43,285 bases of DNA. Source: Catajapyx aquilonaris. Its lineage: Eukaryota. The notes beneath the pieces are model-generated. The model was not told the DNA's origin, did not search any database, and worked only from the letters and a program-made list of their open reading frames with translations. The stretch's first letter is position 1. Each line of letters starts with the position of its first letter. Made by a program: the position numbers and the translations under genes. The stretch covers positions 124,001 through 167,285 of the forward strand of contig KZ538007.1 of assembly GCA_000934665.2 (NCBI GenBank), written 5' to 3'. This document shows positions 14,344 to 25,700 of the stretch, piece by piece.

Positions 14344-15646
14344 TTCAGAGTTTTTAAAAATTATACTGAACTAATGACAGTTGAACATCGGTGAATTAAC
14401 CCTAAAGATTAGGCTCATTATTTTAAAAACTGGAAAAAGTTCAATAACCACATAATACCCAACCTATACCATGATCCGAACCCCCATCCAGACAGAACCG
14501 GTCGCTCGTAAATGACCTAACTAGAGTTGAAGCAACCACGGAGATCGAATCCTGACCGACAAGCACCGCAAAGTCAAATCTCATTGACAACCCATCTCAG
14601 ATTGATCCAGCCAGGCACAAGCAACTAAACCAGCTTGAAAATGGATGCTAACATGTTTGTAACCGCGCTACACGACCTAATTTCACCGTCGAGCGTACCC
14701 GAACCCACAGTTTGAGTTGCTCCCCCTCCCTCCCCTCCCTCCCAAAAAAAGCCCCTTTGTTTACCGTATATGTTGAAAATCCGCGGCAGAGTAACCGGAA
14801 GCGCGGCCGCATCGTGATTTACCAACAAAACAATCAGCGAGTGCTGTAATCCGTTTCCAACAAGGGACAGACGGAAAATCCTGCACTCCCCACCCCGCCT
14901 CCCCCCACCAAGCCGAGTTTCTCCATCAACGTCAACAGTAGAGGAGGTGGGAGCTGGGGAGGGCTGAATGACCCCGATGATTGAGTCGCTGCTCTGTGAT
15001 ATCCCCACAGGCTCTCCCCAAGGCTCACCTTTGCCTTCAGAAGCTCATAGCTCGAGTGGCTTACAGCTTTCTTTTTTTAGGGGGTGGGGGGCGGGGGTGG
15101 GGGGTTGGACCAGGGAGGTGGGAGTTAAAAAAAGAATGAAGGAGACCANGGGTTAGAGTAGGCCTAACTCTGTGTGTTGAAGTTGGGTAGGAGAAATGAG
15201 GATCTTTTGTTATTGGATTTTGGATCGGACGGAAGACTAATGAGGAAGCGGAACAATGGTAGTGATGATCGAGAGAGGGAGCAAACGTCGAATAGAAATT
15301 GATTTAGAAGTGAACAGTTAGGAATATATTTTCGATGTAGCTGGTTCCAAAAGTTTTTGGGTAATTAAAATCGTGGGCTTAGTCGTAGGATGGGTTTGAT
15401 TGGCTCGGAAAAGGGTTTTATAAGGATGTTACTGCACTTTGGATGTCAATTACTTCAACCATCACGAACAGGCTTAATTGATCACGCCAAATAAGAGTAG
15501 TTGTAGGCCTGAATTATATGTTAAACATCATGGCTGTTGTTGAGATAATTTATGTTTCCTTTATTTATTACATCTTTATTACAATTTGGGGAAACACACT
15601 TTATAAGTATTCAGAGACTCAAAATTACAAAACCAAATAAATTATA

Positions 15647-15973
15647 CGGGGGGTTTCGACTTTTTTGTCCGAACAGTTATCGGAAAATTGCACGTAGCGG
15701 CTACTTTGTAAGCAGTGACTTGCAACCGGTGATTTGTCGGAGAGGAATGGATAAAAAGAGGGTCACACATCCCATGGCATGTGTGACCCTCTTTTTTCCA
15801 GGCTTGACCTTCAATTTTCAGCGGGCAGCACGTATGGCACTTCAACCTACGATTCGTAGGGAATATTCCCCGTTCCTCCAAAAATCACCGTTTGCAAGTC
15901 ACTGCTTACAAAGTAGCAGCTACGTGCAATTTTGCGATGACTGTTATTCGGACAAAAAAGTTGAAACACCCTG
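15647..15973. mobile_element. Tc1/mariner-type MITE, 327 bp, ~100-bp TIRs, TA TSD
   Basis: Left TA-cggggggtttcgacttttttgtccgaacagttatcggaaaattgcacgtagcggctactttgtaagcagtgacttgcaaccggtgattt matches the reverse complement of the right end TA-cagggtgtttcaacttttttgtccgaataacagtcatcgcaaaattgcacgtagctgctactttgtaagcagtgacttgcaaacggtgattt. Internal palindrome at 15753-15796. Confidence 0.92.
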
Positions 15974-16075
15974 TATACTGTATATTTCCTACATAATGAG
16001 ACTGCAGAGTATTAAAATATTAACTACCAATAACCACCTTGTATAATTATGATGCTCTTCTTTCTAACATATTAC

Positions 16076-16223
16076 CAAGGGGGTAATCACTTCGGTACTC
16101 CGGTGTACACCTGCGAGTGGTACTCCCTGGTACTCCTCAGGTACCTCACTCTTTATTACTCCTTGGTACTCCTTGAATTTGGTAGTCCAGTGTACACGTT
16201 TCAGTGGAGTGATTACCCCCTTG
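16076..16223. mobile_element. 148-bp MITE with perfect 16-bp TIRs and perfect 8-bp TSD (P-element- or hAT-type)
   Basis: TIR CAAGGGGGTAATCACT (16076-16091) / AGTGATTACCCCCTTG (16208-16223). TSD CATATTAC at 16068-16075 and 16224-16231. Internal GGTACTCC repeats. Confidence 0.92.
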
Positions 16224-17226
16224 CATATTACACTATTTTCCAATGTACTACATGATTGTAATCAGGCTAAAAATCACGTTTTAAATATTATTTCGTAATT
16301 CCAACTTTGTGATTCAAATGGACGTAATGAGCTCACCAACATTATTACCATTAATAAGCACGATATTGGCCATTTTTTTCAGGGCGGGGGGATGTTTCAA
16401 GCGGCAAAGGTAAACACTTCCGTCATTTTGATATCATTTCATATCTTTCCTTGTCAGCAATTTTCAATCATTTACTCTGCACCCATACAACCACATCACT
16501 GACAATATTTATTTGATTATTTTGTGACACATTGCAATGGCAAATATTTGTCATGTTTAATTTTCTGATCCAAACCCTATGAAATGATATTAGCATGTAT
16601 ACATGTTGTCAACACGTACGAGCATAGTATGAAATGACCAGATAATTACATGTTACTCTTCGTTCGCTCACTGCTAGCCTCTTTTAGGAAAGTCCCCTAT
16701 TTCAACCAGAAGTGAGATCCTCGGTAGTTCATTTTTGCTTCTGGTGGAGCCAGGGTATCTGTGGAGCAGATTTTCCAGGATTCACTCGCCTTATCTCAAA
16801 GCGCAATTTGATACCCTAAGCCAGCTCCAATTTACCTTTTAGATACTAATCACTTGAAGCACTCACTGGGGTGTCAAATGAATCTTTCTCGCCACAGCCC
16901 CCCATGGCAACTACAAGTGACGTTCTCGGAGTGTCAGATAAGGGGCGGAAATCAACGGCCCTCGCTGAATTTTATATCGCTTCATTAGGGCGTTATCTTG
17001 GGGTAATGACGAAAAGGGTGTGATCGGTACTGCACCTTCTGCTCCCCACCGCACCGGCTGAGTTACAGGTTTGGTTACAGTTCCTTGCAGCGTAGGCGGT
17101 AGAATCAGGAAGTGAGTTTCGGCATTGGATTCAGATCAGGTGGTATTTGATAGGACTCAGCCTGCTGAAAACATAAGGATGTTTACCATTTTATGCATCA
17201 GATCACATTACACATCAGACGTTTAA

Positions 17227-17354
17227 GGGCCGGTTTCACCGAGCTTGGTATATGATAAAACCAGGTTTTTTTTAGGAAAATCCCATACAAAGAGAGAGGG
17301 ATTTTGAGAAAGAACCCAGGTTTTATCATATACTGAGCTCGGTGAAACCGGCGC
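17227..17354. mobile_element. 128-bp TTAA-flanked MITE (Kolobok- or PIF/Harbinger-like termini)
   Basis: TTAA-gggccggtttcaccgagcttggtatatgataaaacc ... ggttttatcatatactgagctcggtgaaaccggcgc-TTAA. Inner arms aaaatccc / gggatttt extend the foldback. Confidence 0.88.
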
Positions 17355-17487
17355 TTAATAGTGTAAACAGCAAGCGATGGCTTTATTTCTTTAAACAATT
17401 CAATGAGCATTTCAACTGGTGAAACTGGTATTGGTTGCAGAGTTGTGGCTTAGGTGTAATCTTACGCTCTTTTTCTATTTGTTCTAG

Positions 17488-17644
17488 CAGAAGCAAACAA
17501 CTAGTTTGATTGAACTTCCGGACGTGACCGCACCACCGTTGACCACTCCGGGACAAAACGGGTCGGTTCGCTGCAACGGCCGACTGGTAACCTACGAAGA
17601 TTCTTCATCGTCTTCTTCCAAGGACCAACCTGGAATGCCAAGAG
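17488..17644 (+). CDS. Internal coding exon (phase 0 to phase 1) of a membrane dipeptidase (M19) gene; encodes the N-terminal, probably cytoplasmic, segment QKQTTSLIELPDVT...NGSVRCNGRLVTYEDSSSSSSKDQPGMPR
   Basis: Pyrimidine-rich acceptor ctctttttctatttgttctag|cag (NAGNAG, alternative start 17491) and donor AG|GTATGA at 17645. Only one of three frames is open. It ends in phase 1 (AGA G|), which joins in frame to exon 28171-28345 (G+GG = Gly). Confidence 0.8.
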
Positions 17645-19282
17645 GTATGATATCATTATCTACTTTCATGCTGGAAAAAGCGCCATTTTGGTGTACCAAC
17701 TGCCGCTTTTTCTTTTATAAAACGCTGGTAAAATTCAGGCAACCGTGCAACTGCCGCTTGAGTATTTCATATGGCCACATTAGCAAGTACAGCATTACCA
17801 ATAAAAATCGCGTTATCAATACCGCGTGCAAACAGACCGCGGTGCCATAGAGACCAAATTGCAAAGTGACCCACGGCAGTGAATGGGCAAAAATCTCTCA
17901 GTTAATGATAGCCAATCTTTCCCAATGGTTGTCATTTCACGCTCGATTACACGTCACAATATTTTTATGAACGCGAGTGCACAGTGGACCAAGTGAATTT
18001 CAGATACCACTCTCAGGTTTTGCGCTCGAGTGAATGAAATAGCGTGGACTTATTGCACCAGGCGGAAATTCCTCGGGACTATTCTCTTACTGTAGGGGGG
18101 TGGGGGTGGGGGGAGAGCTGTAATTGGAATGTCAGCAAAAAGGAAGCACAAAAGCATCTGTAAATCATTTTTGCTGTGGTCTCATTCTTCTCACGGCTGG
18201 AAGTCACATCCATTCTGAGATTTCATTACCCTATTAAAATAATTGTGGCCCCTACAAAGATCCCCCCCTCCCTCCCCACGAATAGATGAAGCGAGTAGCG
18301 TTGATTCCGGCCAAACGAATGCCTCCGCTGTGAATAGAAACTCGGAGCAAGTTTGTCCGCCATTTATCACCAAACCTACTTTTTCTCTCCTCCCCCTCCC
18401 CCTCCCACCCTGGTCTATTCACCCACCCAGCCAAGAGTTGGGTACCAGAACCGTCTTAGCAACTCACCACATGTCCCTTCCCCTTTTGTCTCCGCCGAAT
18501 TACTTCGCCTTCCCAATGTTCTCTCAAACTGCCATCCCCCACCCTCAAAACCTCCAACTCTGTGATGGCATCAACTTAAATAGGATCTCTGGCAAGGATG
18601 GGCGCAACCTCGATTTCCACTTGCACAATTCGTCACCGGAATGAGAAAGCCTTTTGTCATTTGCACTGGGTTCAGGACGGGAGAGTTGGCCACCCTCCTC
18701 ACCACCACCTCACCAACTCGCTAAGATACCATGGTGGAACGAGTCCCATGCGCTGTGTACTGTTCCACTTGGGTTACTATGCCACATGAAGTGATTATGG
18801 GTAGGTTGGCAGCATCCCTGAGAGTATATCCATGGACAGTGTTGTCCGAAATCATGCCAGGACACGTTTTTGCCAACCGCTTTCGTCATACTGGGCCCTA
18901 GCTTCCCAAACTACCTCAGGGGGATTTGAAAGCAACGTTAGGGATGCACTTAGGCTCCGATTTTCTTAACCACGACACTTTAGGTTGGGTGTTTTAGGTT
19001 CAATCAGATTTAGGGCTATTATTCGGTGTCTAGAGTGCACAGTTGCGAAATTGCGGATCCCGCGGGGCAGCCACCCCTGCGTTGCTTGTGGGGAGTTTGG
19101 CTGCACCACATGGGATGGAGCTTTCAACAGACAACAAAAGGGATTCGCTCTCATGTTGAAGAACTGCATCAAAGCCTGAGAGGTGATCTTCGAGGTTTCC
19201 GAAACCAGGGATCAAAAGTTGATGAAATCTGTGGCAGGTTGTAGTACAGTAGTTGGCGATATGCTGAGTTCCTACAAATTAA

Positions 19283-19306
19283 TTTCATTCATTTTAGCAG
19301 GTAAGT
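19283..19306 (+). promoter_or_regulatory. Fused 3' acceptor and 5' donor: candidate recursive splice site, or 3-nt microexon CAG (19298-19300)
   Basis: tttcattcattttagcag|gtaagt: pyrimidine tract, TAG/CAG, then immediately a consensus GTAAGT. It is on the gene's strand and inside its long intron. Confidence 0.5.
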
Positions 19307-22300
19307 GAAAATTAACACGGTCCAATTAATTAAGCGTTTGTACCGTGACACTCATTCTTCATTATTTACTAATGTTACGATGCTCAAAAACACAGAGCAA
19401 AAAGTAAATTGTTCCCTTGAACATCACGCATGCAGCTTGTCAGGCTATAAGTAGAACAAAGAGCTTGTGTCTCATAGCCGACTGGCTTAATGTTACATTC
19501 GTGTTTTTGTCAGCCTCACTACGTCTTAACCCATAAACACACTCACTGAATTTCGCCGGAGGACTGAATTATATTACACCCCATGTATAAATCAGTCCCG
19601 AATATCACGATAGTGTTTGGCACTAAATCATGAAGCAATTATCAGCAATGGTCCTGAATTTGGCGAATCCTTTGGCCCCTTCCATTTAGTGTTTGGCCCT
19701 GGCTGTAGAGAGAGGCTGTGAGGGAGGGAGAGGAGGGGAGCTGCTTCCGAGGGAAAGTCAGATAAGAAATTTGCATGAAGAAGAGTGCCTCGGCAGCAGA
19801 TAAATCCGCAGCGGTCGCCATAAAACTTTATGGATGAGTAAGAAATGACCATCGCTAACAAGATGAGGAATGGCTTGATCCCAAATGCCAGGGATCACTC
19901 AACATCCGAATCTGGCCCTAGGGTACGAGAAAAGAGCTCACGGCATTTTTTCTCTCTCTCTCTAGAGAGAGCGATAACTTCATATGACCTGCTCTCTTCT
20001 TTTCCATCTTATCCATCTGCATGGTTTATATTATTTCCATACTTCTATTTTACATATGGTCAATGGAGAAGCATATTTTCAATATTTGGAGTCACTATGA
20101 CTCTGATGAATGCTTGTATAGGCTGTGATGAATTTGGTTAATATTGGGGTCAAAATTAAGTGTACTCAATGTGTAGTCGACCGCTAGTTTTGATTGTTTA
20201 ATGATATTATGGGAAAGTTAGTCAAATTATTGATGTTTTCCATATTAAAGCTAATAATTCATCACCGGTGTAATACTGGACTGAAAATCTGTCAATACAT
20301 AAAATCCAAAGTGGTTAACAACACCTGAATATTTTTATTCCAAAAAATTAATGTTTCACATCATCAATAATGACACCAAATTTTTAATATAAATATTTAT
20401 GATACCGCTTCCTCTCTCACGCATTATTTTGTGAAAAAGCTCTTTTTGAAAGCAAGTCAAATATGACGAATTGGATTTCCGTGGTAATGCATGCGGCCGC
20501 AACCACATTCTGTCACATGAAACAATGTAATGGATTACATAGGGGATTCGAAATCTCCATCATGGTGGCTTCACATCAACTTGTGGGAAATAAAAACCTC
20601 ACAGGTACCAGTTACGAACCTGTGCACACCAGGTGAGTGACAGTGACGACACAGGCAGCCTTTCAGAATTGGACGTTGAGTGATGATAGAAAGACAGTGG
20701 TGTCAATGTTGGTATATTGTCAAGCTGGGCTGTGCTGGCAGAGCGACAGTATCAGATATTTTGCCCTTGTGTACACTGTAAATCCTCGCAATATTATTTC
20801 ATAGTACGCTTACAGAGGCAAAATGTGAAAGAGATGAAGAGACCACAGTTCAGTATAAGCCATAGTTCAAGCCATCATTTTGAAGTAGTGTTGTTTTAGT
20901 AGAATAATAACAGTGTTGCTCAAAATACGTAGACTACATAATTATGAGAAGTCTAAACATTTGTATTATACGAGGTTTAAAAGCTGAAATTGTTGGCCTT
21001 AACAGAAAGCGAGCAGTGTTGATTAATTTATAATGTTTCAAATTATTTTGCAACAGTTTAAATAATTTTTATTCAGTGACGTGAAAGTTTCATTAATTAT
21101 TGCAAACGAGACAGTATTCAGGTTCACAGGTGCAGGAGAACTCTGACCAAATGTTATATAGGTTTGTTGGCGCCAGGCGGCTAATTACGATTGCTTTCAT
21201 AGTTTCACATTATTCAACCATGCCCATGAGCATTATTGCATAAGTGAAAGCACTCGTGCGCTGATATCTGCCGCCAGCAATACCAGCGGCCAGAACAAAC
21301 TAATCAGTCATAGTTTTAATATACCTCTAACATGTATTCTCCTGTCGTGATGGATATCATTCTGCAGGTGTATTGTTTAGGGTTGATGTTTAAAATTTTT
21401 TTGGTTTAGTAAATGTATAAAAATACAGTGAAGTTGTAAATTAAATGGAACTTTCACTCCCGTTAAAATTGTTCTGAAAGAGGAAGATTGAATAAGTGGT
21501 TGTGTTTTTGCAGCACCCTTTCGTGAAAAAATGAGAGAGAAATCTGATATGTAGGCCCTTGTGTAGGCATGCTTGTACCTGTAGCTCTTGGCAAGCGTGC
21601 CTTGAGCCATTATAATGTAAGCGACAGAAACTTGTGCTACATCTTGAATATTTCAAATTGCTTTCATTAATTATTCTGAAATTATGAAAATGCGTTATAA
21701 AAACCGGAAGTATCATAGTACCTGTATATTATATACAATAATATTGCAACACAATAAACCTTCAGAAGAATTGGGGAATAGCGTATATGCTGCAAATGTT
21801 TCCAGCATTTAGATCGGGCAAAAGGTAAACAAATCAACTGAATAATTTGCTTAATATTTGCAACTAGGTGTTTCTTCAGACACTTGCATCTTGCTACATT
21901 GATGCATATTCCTCCTAGGAATATGCCACGGTCCACTACAATCCCACGTTTTCTTTGCATCCTGAAAAACTTTGTTCCACGCTTCAATCTATCGTCTTAA
22001 AATGTGGCGCCTGTTTTCCGCCGTCTAAACGCATCGCATCGCTATGCTTAAACTTTCCATCGCTTCACCACAGTGCAACCCGACTGGTTTGCCGAAAACA
22101 CACACAAAAAAAGACGGCCACATCCACAAACTGAATCCAAATACTGTGCCTGCTCTGCATGACGAGCACCGCATTAATAAAAAGGGGAATAACACAATTT
22201 CAAGCCGAAAAAAGAAGCTTTGAACTTACCGGATTCACTCAAGCTTGAAATTCGGTGGCGGTTCCCCCCCTTCCCCCTTCCCTCCCCCGCCTCTCCCCAC

Positions 22301-22708
22301 CGACAAGCCACCCCGCCGCTGTCTACCCAACACAGTCCAACATAGGCACAAAACTCCTCTCTCTCGTCCCGCAGCCGTAAAAACGCTTACCCGTCGTAAA
22401 GCGTCACGGGGAACCGAGCCCCTCCACCTCTCTAAATCAGCTTTTTTTCCCTGGCTCCTGAATACAAACTGGTCCTTGACAAGTGAGCCGAGACTATCCT
22501 GCCAAGCTGCACTTTAAGGGGAGAAAAATGGGGCGCGGGCAACCGGATTCGGACGCGCGCAAACGCGAGTAATCTGGCCCTAGGTGCATCTTCTCCAGCT
22601 ACAAAGTTCCATTGCCTTAAAAAAAAGAGGGCTAGAAAAGAAAATGGGAGTCAAAATAGTCACAATGGAGATAGGAAGGATGGACGTGGTTTTATGGCTG
22701 GAGTGGGC

Positions 22709-22798
22709 CCCGTTTACACGAGGCTGCTACTAGCAAAACTTGAGCTGTGTTTCGCGACCTGCGTGACGCGCCGGCGATGTTTTGCTCGTGTAAACGGG
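22709..22798. mobile_element. MITE remnant with 14-bp perfect inverted repeat (Harbinger-like terminus)
   Basis: cccgtttacacgag (22709-22722) / ctcgtgtaaacggg (22785-22798), plus inner agcaaaac / gttttgct. No clear TSD. Confidence 0.6.
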
Positions 22799-25700
22799 AG
22801 TGACAAAACCAAAGCAAATGGCTGGTTTATTTGTATCAGTACACCCATTCAGCTAAATCCCTTGCCTTGGTAGCGTTAAAACTACTTTCCATGCTTGCTT
22901 ATTAGCAGCGTGCCTGCACATTAATCTAACCACAATTTGCTGAGAGAGATTAGGAGCAAAATGTAAGTTATATACCACCAGCTTTATAATTATGCGGCAG
23001 GAAAATACTGTAAGCCCAGAGTCAGTTTTATAATACGTATGACATTCAGCAGGATAGGCGCCAGTTGCATCAACTTTCCTTCCAAAATGTACGTACAGTG
23101 TTCCGAAACATTTAAAAAAATACTGTTGGATGTCTAGTACACCTGCCTTGCCAGAAGGTAACATTTCATAGCGTCAGACTACGTATAACTGCCTGTTTAA
23201 AATTTCATAACGGAGATGGATTAGCTCAACTGTCACGTTGAGTCAAGGGGATAATGGATAAGTTCCTACAACGATTTTCCAACTTGGTACGCAAACGAAT
23301 AGGAAGAAAAGGCTCGGAGAACACAGCTGATGGAGACCGACGTTCGTTTAATGAACATTTAGGAACTTGGTCCCTGTCACGTGCAATCTCATGCTTGGCC
23401 TCACCAGACGCTTTCGCCCGCATCCAACCATTCGATTCGCCAGCTCCCGACACACTTGTAACATTGGGACTCTTGTTCCAGACCCCTCCCATTCCTCCTC
23501 CACCTTTGCCCCCGTGTGCATGTGTGAATGGGGAGGAAATTGACCAATTTTCGCCACTACCACGCAGGCGGTGCAGTTGCTTCTCCTGCTCAGGCTCTTC
23601 TGTGCTGCACTTGTGGTCTAATAGGCAGGAGGACTGAAAAGGCATACCATTTTGTATGAATATAATTTTGGTGGAAATGTCAGGAAAGCGGTTGAAATAT
23701 TGTGTACATGGGAAGGACAATAGTTGGAGATATAAAGCAACGGAACTAATTTGGAAGTGGAATGTCTAGTGGTATGCGCAAAATAGTCCTTCGATTAGAC
23801 ACGGTTGCTTACAGATGTGTGAGAGTGTAGACCAGGGGTAGCGCATCACACCTTGCCCTGTAGGTACAGTACAAAGCCTCATAAAGCCATCATGTTGACG
23901 AAGGAGTTATTTTCCCAATGATTATTTAGCTCCCGGCAGTCCGGATAACATATTCACTGATCCATAACGACCGCATTGCCCCTTAGTGGCCAGTGTTAAA
24001 ATGGGGAGCAATGCGGACAACGCCATCTGCGTTGCGCTTTCCAAAGTTGCTCCCCATAGGCCTGCTGTAATACCCAAATTGCCGTGACGAGCCACTATTT
24101 GCGTATGAATTGTTTAATCAAACTTAATGACTTGATCAAATTCGCGAATCTTCTTTCTGGAGGGGGTCTTCATATTGATCCAACGTGTTAGTGTCACACG
24201 CGGTGATTATACAAATTAGTTGACATTGCATGTAATGGGAAATGTTCGTATTTACTTCGAATGTTCCCATGTATCATCGGCGGCATTACCAGACGCCGTT
24301 GTACATTCGCAAATGATGCAGACTGCATAACATTGGGCCAGTGTTCGATGTGTGAAGAGATACAGGGCCCTTTGAAGCAGATAATAGGCTTAACATCGCG
24401 AATGTGACATCCAAATGGTTGAAAATCCGATAATTAGCCATTGGACTCTGCATACTGGGATGTTTCGCACCTCATTCGGATGCCCTCGTTAATTCTTCCC
24501 CATTACAAGGTAGCCGTAATGTTCCATTGCATCCACATATCGTAGATCTCCTACCCTCATATCCATTTGTATAGGGTATTGTCCTCTGACCATCCATTTT
24601 AATGAATGTACTGAGGCAAGCACTTTTAAATCCGACGGTTATCAAGAACCAAACATAATATCTAACTCAGGAACTAGCCAGTAATATAATATTCGCTTAA
24701 ACATTATTACAAAACTACTTATGATCACTGTCATAATTACTGGAAACTGAGAAAAAATCAGCACAGGAGTTGTGTAGAGTCAAAGGTGTCAAATATGATA
24801 CTTGAAGTCCCAACAACTAACAATTACCTATTTCTTTATTTAAAATATTATTTTATAATATGCTAGTCCTATTATGTACTATATCGCTCAAAAACGTAGA
24901 GACGATTTTGCATTTGACTCAAGTACAGCCTGCACTTGAATCAAATGTAAAATTGTCTCATATGTTTTTGAGCGATATACGTAGTATATACGATAATGCC
25001 CAGTTGGCACTAACATTGTGCTCCTGTCATTTTTGTATCCACACAGGAGGCAAAACATATTCCATTACTTAAACATACCGTGCTTCTATGTACACAAAGC
25101 AAGAAGCTACAATACTGCACATAACCGGCACAGGGTGTTTCATAACAATGCAAACAAACTTCAAGGGTGAACTCTGGGCCATAAAGGATCACTTTGTGTA
25201 CAAGTGCCATTGGCCCCCCACAGTCTAGTTACTGTAGTAATTTGCATTAATCAAAGGGTGCATTATACCCGCCCCTATGTGGCGGATACAGCCTGTTACA
25301 TTTCCATATAGCTTCGGCGATTACATGCCACAGAGTGTTGAAGTGCATAAGGAAGCCCCCATCCACCACCATGGACCAATGACCTGAGTTCCGAGATTCA
25401 ACACAAATTGCACTAAATTAGTTTGTTCATAAAAACAAAATTTACAATTTACAATTATTTAATGAGCCGTTTAATGATATGTAAAATGGAGTATCCAGTC
25501 GGGGTTGTATGCTTCAATACTGAGGTACAAGGCAGTTTATTTTCCAGCACTTTACTTTATTACTACTGGAAACACTGGCAGCACATTAGTGTACCAAACA
25601 AAAACACTTCCAACTGTAGCGTACTTGGTAAGGTGTGACGTCCGAACCGGACCATCCTTTGAAGTCAATTGGGCGCCACAGTGACTTCATTTGAGCTGGA

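Noticed and set aside
15149..15149. Single ambiguous base N
   Set aside because: Assembly or base-call uncertainty next to a G-rich tract; no biological meaning.
15552..16046. 164-aa ORF
   Set aside because: Spans the MITE at 15647-15973; no transposase motifs.
16094..16207. Short repeats with spacers, superficially CRISPR-like
   Set aside because: 8-bp units with irregular short spacing, inside TIRs and a TSD, in a eukaryotic context with no cas genes.
14530..20620. B-box-like words (ggagatcgaatcc ~14540, ggattcgaa ~20544, ttacgaacc ~20612) suggesting tRNA or SINE
   Set aside because: No A-box at proper spacing, no cloverleaf and no second copy.
25010..25210. Cys-rich 66-aa minus-strand ORF
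   Set aside because: Cys spacing matches no domain I recognise; TG-rich strand composition explains it.
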